Of a stretch of DNA of 64,000 nucleotides, positions 23,601-35,900 are shown one piece after another. Made by a program: the position numbers and the translations under genes. Source of the DNA: Podarcis melisellensis (lineage: Eukaryota); assembly GCA_964234715.1 (NCBI GenBank), contig OZ174278.1. The stretch is one strand, 5' to 3'. Position 1 is the first letter of the stretch. Each line of letters begins with the position of its first letter. The notes below the pieces were generated by a model that searched no databases, was not told the DNA's origin, and saw only the letters and a list, made by a program, of their open reading frames with translations.

Positions 23601-26600
23601 GTTGAATGGACAGAGTCCACACGCAGATGGCAAACCTTACGGGAAGGTGAACGATTTGCATCTATAGTTTCTTTAATTATAAGAACATAAGAAGAGCCTG
23701 CTGGATCAGGCCAATGGCATCCTATTCTCAAAGCAGCCATCTGAATGGCTGTGGGAAAGCCCCAAACATGACTGGAGCACAAGCACCCTCTCCCATCCTG
23801 GGGCTTCCAGCAACTGGTATTCAAAAGCATTACTGCCTCCTATGGTGGAGGCAAAGCATAGCCATCATGACTTGTAGCCACTGATAGCCTTATCTGTCTA
23901 ATCCCCTTTTAAAACTATCCAGCTTCATGGCCTATTGTTTATGCACTGAGTGAAGAGGTACTTTCGTTTACCTGTCCTGAATCTTCACTGAATCCAGCTT
24001 CATTAGATCTCCATGAGTTCTAGCGTATAAGTGCGGGAGAAAGACCTCTCTCTATCCACTTTTTCCATGCCACGTGTAATTTTGTAAACATCTATCATGG
24101 CACCTCTTTCTCCCCTTTCAGGACCTTTTCCAACTTGGCAATATCCTTTTTGAGTACCAGAACTGTACAGAATATTCCAAATGTGGTCACACCACAGATC
24201 AGTAGACCAGCATTCTGATAGCAGCAGTTTTATTTTCCATTCCTTTTCTACACACACCAGGTCAACATCTTCATCAACTGAAACACTTTCACTTTGCTGT
24301 TATCCTTAGTTCTGGCATACTGTGAAATTTGAAAACGAATAGAGAATGTTCTTAAATAGGCATATGACAGCTGCAGGAGTGAAGCTACAATTAACTCACC
24401 AGCAAAACTATCCAAAAGAAGTGGGGGTACGGGAAATAAAAACTGTGTAATTCCCCATTCCTTTGCTTCCTCCCTCCATAGTATACAGTGTACTTAAAGA
24501 ACAACTGATTTAATAGATTAATGAAGCGGTTGTGTACTTGCGTGATTTGACTTCTGAACAGGGGAGTGGCAAGTCAAGTGAACTGAAATGCTTCTGAAAC
24601 AGATAATCTTGATTGTACACTAAACAGATGGCAATGGCAGGAACTCAAGAGATAAAAATAGTCCAATGAGTGAGTTGCTGCAGACTCTTAGTCAGGGCTG
24701 TAAGCACAAGTTTATAGGAGCTTATCACACAGAAACTTTAAGAACAGAACGGTAAAAAGAAAACATATAGAGGAGAGAAATCACTTTTTTGTATTAACAC
24801 TTATATGCCACCGCATAGCCAGTAATGAAAAAAAGAAAAGAAATCAGAGCAACAAAAGTCAAAGCTATTTGGATAGCTTTTGTTTATTTTTGGTGTGGTA
24901 TGCTATCTCTTAGATTCATTACTGGATAAAACCTGTGGTTTTTCCATACCCATCCATTAGTTTGTTACAAATGGATGGGTATGGAAAAACCACAGGTTTT
25001 ATCCAGTAATGAATCTAAGAGATAGCATACCACACCAAAAATAAACAAAAGCTATCCAAATAAATACTTGAACTCTCAAAATATAACAATGACGATTTTT
25101 ATAAGCATGGGAATGCCAGTATGCAAAGTAAATTTGTGGAAAAAATAAAAGCTTAATAATATCAAACATAAGATACAGGATTTTCTTCCTAAATTACAAA
25201 GAAGGCTCAGTCAAAAGTGAACATAGAGAACTTATTTCATATTCATTGATAGGATGAGGAATACTATAAGCAAGAATGTAAAAAATGCATTGTACAGTAT
25301 TCAAATATCTTGTTATTTCCTTTGTTCTTAGAGGTTGTCCCAATTTTGCTGTTGTTGCAAACTCCCAGATTTTATCAATCCAATCATTTATTGTTAGTGC
25401 CTCCACTTGTTTGCATCATTCATATATGTGTGTGTATCTCACACACAGAGATGGATATAAGTATGTGTGACTTTATATAGATATATTGTAAGACATCAAT
25501 TTAGAAAACTCAGAAGTAAGGGGAAAGCACATATTAAGAATTCAGAATTCACATATTCAGAATTACAAATAGAATGCCATATTTTTATCTTTTCCGTGTA
25601 ATAAAACATGTGTTTTTTGAAACTGGAATGTTTCAAATGAACAAACTAATGCATTTTTTTTTTTTAAGGAGATAGAATTTCTTAAAGAAGAGCTGTCAAC
25701 TTGTAGCCTGCCAAAATTTGAATGCAACTCTCCCGGAATTCTACAGCAACAGATTGGTATGAAGTCATGTAGGCTTGTTAATTTCATCATTCAACATTCA
25801 GTGCCTTTATTTTAATTTCCATTTGAATGTGTGCTAATTGGTTTTTATATGCATCAGTCCACATGATGATCCACATTTACTAATTTCTGTGAAAGTTCAA
25901 ATAGCATTTTAGAAAAACCTTGAAACCATGTTCTACTCCTTCTAAGTATTATAGGATGAGTGTTCAGGTTATCGGCACCACTACAATGCCACAACTGATT
26001 GGTTAACACTGGCTACAAACAGCCAACACTATGGCAATAAATTTAAGCATCAGCTTAATGCATTATTTCCCCCTTCCCCGCTAAAATCTCTAAATGCACT
26101 CAAGTAAACAAACTTTCCACCCCAAACCATTTCAAGCTGTACAATTTCCCCCAAAAACTTTACTCAAAGTCAAAGTCGTAGAATTGCAGAGTTGGAGGGG
26201 ACACTGAGGGTCATCTGGTTCGACCCCTGTAGTGCATGAGTCTTTTGCGCAAAGTGCGTATCCTATGCCTCTACAAATACTAGGCACCATTCAATCAAGG
26301 CTGTATTTTTATGCACACTTTTAATTCATTCTGAGAAACAAGTGTAGTCCTGGGAGGCAAGTTAAGTATTTTGAAGTCCCTTTTATTTCAGTAGGAGAGT
26401 TGCAATCCTATGCACTACTGAGAAATAAGCTCAGTGAGACTTACTCCCCAGGTAAGTGTATCTTGCATTAAAGTCTTAAGCACAATAGGCCTTAAATGTG
26501 ACTAGACGATGCATACTGAATATTTTTGCATATTGATACACAGTAAACCTTAAAAGCCAGATCACCGATCTTCAAGAAGCCAATGAGACTGCGGTCTTAG

Positions 26601-29600
26601 AGCTAGCAAAAGCAGATGAGGAGATTTCACAACTGAAGAATGAAATGGCTCAATTAAAATCTGACTATATGCAGAAGTTAGCAGACTCTAAAGAAGAAAA
26701 TCTTAATCTGAAGAAAATGGTAAGGGGTCTGAGACAATCCTTTATTATAACTTATATACTTTAATTTTAAACCTGTGTTTTTCTTTAAGTGGGATAGAAG
26801 ACAGGTAATATATATTTAATCATGTATCAAACAGTAACCAAAGCTATAATTAGTCAATGGGTGATATTCATTTGTTTTATGCCTACAACTGTGAGCTTAA
26901 ACATTCTTAGTATGCATTTGTCTCCTAAATGTTTTATAAAATAATTGCATATTTTACACATTCACTGCTAAACCATGCTGTAAAGAATGATAAACTCACT
27001 GCATGCAGAAAAAGTACCACAGAAGAGAAAGAGTTCTGGTCTTTTTACTTGCATGTTTGGTTTGTTTGTTTATTAAATTTGTTGTTCACTTACTTTGCCA
27101 CGGCAACTCTAAGCGACATGCAATATTTTATGTGACTTATAATTTATTTTTACATAGGAAATTCAAACATAAGAACCTGTCCTGCAGTCTGCATTGGCAC
27201 AGGACCAGGTAGGGTGCATTGTGCAATTTCTCTGCACATGAATATAATCCATTAGGCAAAACTTTAAGCAACCTGGGAATTACAGCAGTTCAGAAGTGAT
27301 CAGTTATGCTTTAAACAATTGATTTCTTATATGTTGATTTCTACTCTTTATTGCTTTCCTCCTTCATGATCAAGAATCAAAACACAGTTTAAACTAATTC
27401 TTCCCCCTCTAAAGATCAATAGGATGCACACCAGACATGATCCAGTAGACACTTATGAGCAGACCTTGCATGAAGAGATTTGTGAGCTAAGAGCTGAGTC
27501 CAGGAGACTGAGGGAAATCGGCCACCAGCTGAATGAGGAAAACCACAGGATGAAAGAAGAGCTATGGGATGTAAAGAGGAAATATGAATGGATCGTGCAT
27601 ACAGTTGCTGGCAAACAGGATGGTAAAGGAACCACCATTATGGTATATTGCTTGGGTTCTTACGATGATCAGTAAACAGCCCAGTATGTTGCTCCAGCAA
27701 AGACATCTCATTAACAACATTAACACCAGTTACTTTTGAGCAATGACTTTATAGCAGAGCTTCATGGCAGTAGCATAGCATGGGCAGGCACAGGGGCAGT
27801 TGTCCCAGGTGCATAATTATTAGGGGCACAAAATTTCAACACCTCAATACAGCTGCCTCAATTCACAGTTCCATCACTGGGCTCTGTTGAAAATGGCTCC
27901 TCTGTGCAAACTAGGAAGTGACCTCTGCAGACAATGGAACGACTCTTCTTGTCTTTGCAGCTGTGATCTTCTGGGCGATGCAGATGCCATTAGTCAGTTG
28001 AATGTGCATGCATACTCTGTCCGTTTCCCTCACTCCCACCCCCTCTCTGTGTGGCCCTGGGCGCTGGCAACTCATGCTACACCACTGCTCATTGAGCCCA
28101 TTCTTCTGCATGGGTTCATCATGTGTCCACTGCAATGTAACTAATACAGGAGGAAGACTGACTATAACAGGCCCCTATCCATCACTATTGTGCGCTGGCT
28201 GATGTATAAAAAATAGTTGCTACTCGCCATGCAATCAGATAGACCTGGTCCTGGGGTTTCTTAAGAGGATAAAGTGCATTTAACAGGTTTTCAATCATCA
28301 TCATCATCATCACTGAAGATATAGTGACAATGAACTTGATTTCAACCACCAACTTCAATATGAATCCTATCATGGAGAGAAAGGTCTGAGATACACATCA
28401 CCTCATCATTCTGGGTTTCCTCTGTGTTTGTGCCCAAAATGACTGTTTTCATTTTAAAAGATCTTGTCTCTAGTCATTAGGTACATCTTTATACCCTCAA
28501 CAATTATCCCAAGTATTTTATAAATTATCCGAGGCAAAGCTATAACATTAACACCAATACTACCACAGTGAAATTCACCAAAACAAATCTTTATTGGAAT
28601 TCGAAATGCCAGAAGAGGTATTTGTTGATTAACTGTAAAGGTGATTAACCCTCAACAGGTAATTAATACTGTCAGAGTTGATGGTTAGCAAAAAGAGATC
28701 CAGCACTACAGAAAAGGGACTTCAACTTTCTACTGCGGTCACAGCAATGCTGAATCATGACAAATAGCTATAAAATAGCTTTCTTAAAACTAAAAGTGCT
28801 TGAAGATCAGTGCAACTAGCAGCAGTTTGTATATTTATTTTACATTAAGTTCTTCCAATGAGTATCTAATGTTACTCATTTGATTACATTTTATTTTAAA
28901 TGTGGCATCTGTGATAAGTAAGACAATTCTGTTCCCAGCTATACTAAAGCCAAAGTGTATTTCTCACATCTTAATTTAAAATACTAATAATAAAGCAGGA
29001 AGTTGCTCTTTCAGAAGACATTCAACCAACAAACGGAAAAGACATTTCACTTTTTGAAAATACATCATTTTAATAATTAAAGCATCAGTGCTTAATAAAA
29101 AAATAGTTTAGTTTTAATAGACTGCATCAACAGTGATTTAAAAAGATTGACTGAGTGAAATATTATTGCTTTATAATATATAAAACATCTAAGCAGAATT
29201 TGATAATAAGCAAGGCTTTTATTTTTATCTAGAAAAGTTACAAGAACATTCTAGGAAAAATGCTTCTTCCCCATCATCCATAAATAGTGAATCTACAGAA
29301 TTTCTGATTTCTGGATACTGTGACACAGGGCTAGCAAAAGAAAACAGAGACTTAAAAGGTATGGTAATTAAAATATGCAATTGCACATCTTCTCATTTTG
29401 CCTTGTTAGCACAGAAAAGAATAAAAAAGTATACTGCATGTTCCCATGAATCTTCATATGGAAAGAAAAATCACTTAATTGGTTTTCTGTTTTCAGCTTT
29501 CTTTTTATGCAGTCAGTGAAAAGTAAGATCTATTTGGCTGCTTAGAGTTGTGAAATACTTCCTCCAAACATTCCTTGCTTTGGATATTATTCATTATTCT

Positions 29601-29911
29601 TTATGGCCTTTCCACACAAAACATGCCAGATTTCAGTGGACCCAGAATATAGGAAAAATTCTGAGCTTGGGTGTTATTGATTTTAGTAATGCATCTGCAT
29701 GCTTTATTGGATTGGGATAAATTAAGAACCTCAAAAGTGTAGACTCCCTGCATTCGTCCAATATGGGGGAAAGGAACATTGGTCAACATACTGTTTTCAG
29801 TACTGGCAAAACAGCCACAAAATGTGATGGCTATGTAAGGATTTTACATTATCATAAAGGCATTCAGACAGACAACTGAAGAAAAGACTAACCTTGGAGC
29901 TGGGAGTCCAA

Positions 29912-29958
<47 letters not shown>

Positions 29959-32900
29959 GAATTAGAATTAGAATTTATATACTGCCATATACCTGCAGGA
30001 ATATAAAACCATAAAGTACATAATCAAAATAAAACAACAACCCAGTAACACACACACACACCATATTTGTAAAAGGGCATAGGATGTCAATCAAATGAAC
30101 CAAAGGCCTGGTTAAAGAGGAATGTTTTTGCCTGGCGCCTAAAGTTGTATAATGAAGGCACCAGGCAAACTTCGCTGGGGAGAGCATTTCACAGATGGGA
30201 AGCCACTGCAGAGAAGGCCCGTTCTTGTGTTGCCACCCTCTGGACCTGTTGTGGAGGAGGCACATGAAGAAGGGCCTCAGAAGATTATCTCAGGGTTATC
30301 TTATCTGACCATTCTTATCTTATCTATTCTTATCTGACCAATAGATTTAACTATTATTTTCATCCTTGGAGTTGTCACAATATATCTGTAGTGGTATATC
30401 TTATTATTTGAATGAATGTGCTTTTGGCAACTCCATATCATTTTTCCAAGAGCACAGAAATAACCAGGAAAGTCAAACCTTTAGCCCCGGGGAGTTTATC
30501 AGGGCCTTCAAGAATCCCCAATACGTCCAATGACATCTCCAGGGCTATGACTAGCCAATGACTGAGGCCACATCAGTGTCTCTCCCCTTGTCCCCTTTCA
30601 AATTAGCGATATGGTTCAAGAAGTGTGGCAAGTAAAGAGATGTTTGATCAAACTGAGTGCACTGGAGCAGGCTATGCAAATTACAGTGTTCTAGCATTTT
30701 TTAAAAAAACAACAACAACCAAACAAACCATGGATTGATGCACTTTAATGGTTTCCAGGATAAATATCTAGAATTTTACAACTTAAGTATCTGAGGTGAG
30801 ATAAGGTTTTTTAGTTTTTTGCACACAAAATTATAGAATATTCCCTGAGCATCTGTTGGTAGGGAACTGGTTCCACATTACCTATTTGAGTTGGGCATCC
30901 TTGAACAAAACCTTGCAACTAGATTTGACCCAAATTTTCGAGCAGCTTTTTAATGTTTTTTTAATCGTATTTCGTAAACCTTTTATTGGCATCACATACA
31001 ACATCCAAAACAAATCAATGCAGAATTACCACTTCCCCAGTGGCACAAACATTTGCTAAAAGAAAGGAGGCAGAGCAGTCTATCGTCACATCTCTTGGTC
31101 TCCAGGGAGATCAGACATCTGCAGTGTAATTTTTTTTTTTTAAATCAAGATGATGCATCTGAAGAGGTAACAGAGGCGAGCAGCAGCAACTTCCCTTGCA
31201 TTACTCAACACAATCAAACAAGTCATGAGAACTATGATCAAAACATCTCAAGTTCATCTTCGAGTGGTGTCTCTCAAGTGGACACTTGCAATAAATATTA
31301 TCCAAACAGGTAAGAATTGAATGGACATGAATATGATTGTGTTGTAAATGTAGTTTTCTGCTGTAAAGAAAAAGGTTGAGACCCCACACTGTGTAGTACT
31401 GCCAACTTAATGAATGCAAAGAGGTCAAGTAACTCTTCAGCAACAGTCTAGCTAAAGCAGGAAAGCACAGAAACATGTCTGCTGGGCTTGAGCTCATCAT
31501 AAGATCAAGGACTGACTTTCCCCTTTGCTTGATTGTGTATAGATGTCAGCCAGCACATTAGATGAGATCAATCATGATCTTCTGTGCACTCCAAGATGCG
31601 ACAGCTAGGATTGTTTCAATTTATGGCTATAAAGCTAGGCTCACTTCAGAAAGGTAGGGCTGTGAGAACTATGTGGAACTGAATGAGTGGCAGGTGTTGC
31701 ATTGACAACTGTGGGTACACTGATTGCCACAGCAAAACCACTGAATAGGAGGGGAAGCAGTAGCATAGGGGGTCCCTTAATGCTAAGTAAGCCAAAACCA
31801 AGATAGGCACTAAAACATACCTAAATCTCAATCCAAGCCTACTGCATGATGGTTTTAACATTACAAATGACAGGAAAAGATCACCACCAAATATTCTCTT
31901 TAGCACAGGGGAGGGGGACCCCTAACCCTTCAGGACTCTCCCTAGGTCACACACCTCACCAGCCCTACTCCACGCCCTCTGAGTAATTCTGCTGGAGTGG
32001 AATGTGCCCTTGAGTTGTGCTAATGCCCCTTGCTTGCCTGCTTGGTGCAATAGAGAGGGGCCTGTGCATGCAGAAGCCTTTGGCTTTGTGTGTTTGGAAT
32101 GTGTCACATTTTATAAAGCATTGTTTCCATTGCTGCACCCACTTTTGCCTTTGGACCTAACACCATGTGAATGCAGGCTTTGAAAAGTTGGCCACGAGGG
32201 AATATGGCCCTTTATTTCTGCAATTTCCACATGAAAAAGACAAAGCTATGTACAGTGAAAATCTATTTCATTTCTATCCCAGCCTTCATTAAACCTGGTG
32301 ATCCTATGGCAAAACCACAGAATAAAAACATTTTAAAACAATATTCTATTTCTGTCCAATATTCTATGTCTGACCAGGACCCTTCCATGGCCCACATACA
32401 GCAGGTAGCATTTTAGATCTCTGCCTCCTCCTTTACCTTTCTTATCTGTCCTGCAGTGTTGTTAAAAAGACCTTCTATAATGCTATTAAAGAGAGGCATG
32501 GACAAACCTAAATCCAAATCTTCCACAAATACTGCAGTGATTCCCTAATCCTTTACAAGGATAATAATGAATTCCTTGCTTTCCTAGAGACAAATGAAGT
32601 AGCTTGTCCTCAGTCTCTTTCATTTATCATTACCGTTTAAAACACAGAGTAAGTTTTGCCAAGAAAGGAGTTTGATTTTGTTAAAATGTGTACAGCAGCT
32701 ACCACTGGTTGAAGGTGAAAGAACCTGCTGCATAAAAGATTTTTCTTGCAACTTCCCTGTAACATCAGAGCTGTGGCTTACATCAGAATAGCAGGGCTGT
32801 GTCTTGTTTCTTCTGCAGTCCAAATAGCAGCCAGCTGTCCCCTAATTTTGTGCATGAAAATTCCCACATATTGTTAGAATAAAGAATTTGAATAGATGTT

Positions 32901-35900
32901 ATTGTTACCCCCCACACAAAAAAAATATCACGGCTCTTTTACTTAAGTTGCAATGAGAATGCAGTGTTAGAGTGCATATAAGTTCAAGGAAAACCACTGT
33001 TTTTATCAGGTACCTGTAAGGGCCAAAGTAGACATGATGTGAGAGATCTGTGATCACATCTCAGGTATTTTTATACACTTTAAAGCAGCAGTGTGGGTCC
33101 ACAAATTGTACAAGAACCACAGCACTATGGGAGAGGAGTGTAACCATTTTCTTGCATGTCATTTCACCGATATAAATACCATCCAGTGAAGCTGTGAAGA
33201 AGAGGAGAGAAAAATATGGGCACCCATATTGTACCCATCTTTCCCCCCCATGGGCATTTCTCCTATTTAAATATTTATAGAACTGTGATTATCCCCAGAA
33301 TGGGAAGAAGATGGGAACAATATAGGTGTCAATCCTTGCCCTTCCTACAAATTAACATTAGCTTGGGGGTAGGGGGGCCTGACTGAAGGAAATGGAATTG
33401 TGAGGGTAAACACTCAGCAACATGGCCCAATCCAATTTTGTTTCTTCAAAAAGTTGTTGGGAAATTCGGTCCCAAGTTTCCCCTGTCATGTCTAGTTTGT
33501 TCATAAGATATGTAGGATTCTTTGGTTATCACGAAGAGTCTGAATAATAAAGTTGTGCTGGAGTACCAAAAAAAAAAAAAAAAAAGGACTCTTACGTCTT
33601 TCAAAGGAAAGCTATTGATTTTCTACAACTTTTTATCCCAGGATTCATCTAGATAAGGCGGCACTATCAAGACGACCATTTGCACCCAGGAATGTTACAG
33701 ACTTGAAAGTTGGAAACCTAGTGAAATTTTCATGCCCAGCAGGAAAAATCAGCAAGGGAACTGTTAAGTATTTGGGACCACTTTTGGGGAGAGAAGAAGA
33801 CTACCTTGGAATAGAGCTGGAAGGGGATCAAATAGGAAGGCATGATGGAACTTTTCAAGGAACACGCTACTTTCTTTGGTAAAGTTTACTCTTCTATCTA
33901 GCAATAGTATATTTGAGATCTTCCCTTCCCACCCCGAACCCAATTTTCCCCAGGGGCAGAAATAAAGCAATTTCACAGTTTTCTTGTTCAACATTTTACC
34001 TTTACCATGCATAATATGCAACCACTAATGGATCACAAATGTGTGTTGGCAAGTTTGTGGTTTTGAAGTATTGCACAAAATACAACATTACAAAAGCTAT
34101 ACTACTCAATTGAATATATTACTGGTGAAGACAGGGTTCATGGCATGCTCCTTACAATTAGGATAGTAACTAACAATAGCAGTAAGTTCACTTTTTATTG
34201 ATGAGAGCTTCAGGATTTAGCTACTGTCTGCAGCAAATTGTGTTAAGCATTGATATCAGTGTAAACGCAAGTACCTTGCATCCTCCCATCTGTAAAAACT
34301 GGTGTGCAAGAGATGGAAAAAGCCAAGTATGTGGGAAATCCTGTGTCACCATCTCATCAAGACTAGAATTTCACATATATTTTTTTGCACTTTATCAAAC
34401 AGTAACCATGCCTTGTACTCCTAATTTGGAGTGATGGCAAATTAATATGCTGTTATCAAACATTTAAAAAGCATTATTCTCACAGAGCTTTGTAAATGCA
34501 CCATTTGCAACTTAAAACATGTGTAAATGCTTTACACCATCAACTACAAGGTATTAAATGTTTCCCTCCCATAATTGTGAGAGTTTTGGAATTCCCTCCC
34601 TACAGAGGTGTCTGGCACCTTCATTATGCATTATTACATATTTCTAGAACCCACTCTCTTTGTGATTGTAATTCACTTTAAACTGTTTGTATCTCATCCT
34701 GTGTCTGTCTGGTGAAGTGGGTAATAAATAAATAAATAAATAAAAGTTTTACTGGTGCTATTAAGCATTGCAATGGATGTAGGAGAAAAATCCTGAAAAT
34801 GTGATGTTTTCCTGGCACTCTATATATGCCTGTTTCTGCCCACTTTCTGCCTCCAATCAATTATTTTATATCTATGTATTATAAATGTCTGAGAGCTTCC
34901 TTTATATAATGGACATTATGAAAATTCTAAAGAAGAAATTGCTTTGTGCATCACTAGAGAGAAAAGCTTGCACTCAGAAATTCTATAGTTCAAAGTAGCT
35001 CTATAAACACGAGGTGTGTGCATGAGCCCAAGATTCACCTTATATTTGTGCATATATATATATATTATATGAAGACAGAAGTGCCTGGCCCGCTCTGGTC
35101 CTTGGGGTCACGAAGAGTCGGACACGACTAAACGACTATATATATATATATATATATTCTTTCCACTTCAGTCTGTGCTTTGGGTTCAGAGGCACTTTGT
35201 ATAAAACAAATTCATTCTCATGGTAAATCTAAAAATTACTTTTCCTTCTTTTTGGCAGAAGTTGCTGAAATTTGCAAGTGCATGAACCCTCTCGTTTTTC
35301 TTCAGACTGCATAAATGTTTGCAGAACTCCTCCAGACTAGATTAAGCCTGCCAGTGGCTTCTGTGGGGGATGTAAAATGAACTCACATTCTCCATAATCA
35401 GTATTAGGGCAATGCATTTGCTAGGCCAACTAAAACTCCAAAATCCATATTAGTTTAATATTTTCAAGTTCAGGGAAGCATGGTGGCTTGCGCCTTGCTT
35501 TTTCATAACTTAAAATAATTAAGAAGTAGCTGAGTTGTGTGTATTCTTGCTTGTGCATTTTTCAAAACATTAGCTTCACATGAGCTGGCTTTGCTTTCCT
35601 GGAGTCTCTCCCAGAGTTTGTGGGGACAAAACTAGTACGTAAAAAACGAGTGCTTTTAAATTGCTGGAAACGTCAGAGTTTTGTGTGACTGGAACAGTGC
35701 ATGTATCGCCTATTAACTACAACCTATAACAGGAATAGCCAAAATAGTGCTTTCCAGATGTTGCTAAGCTACAACTCTCAGCATCCCTGCTGAGCTGTAG
35801 TCCAGCACCTAGAGGGCACCATATTGGCCATCTCTAGCAATTTGTATCTCCATTCCAAGTCTGAACCATGCTGTGCTCTTCAAAATTTTAATACTAGCTT

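Noticed and set aside
24482-24751. Good acceptor (cttcctccctccatag) and a GT 270 nt later, with a few coiled-coil-like peptides; considered as another decayed exon
   Set aside because: About eight stops in the best frame, and phase 1-1 between phase-0 neighbours. It cannot be distinguished from intron without orthologue data.
27623-27675. Alternative donor at 27642, or read-through to the stop at 27675
   Set aside because: A phase-0 donor is incompatible with the next exon; 27622 gives the continuous ORF.
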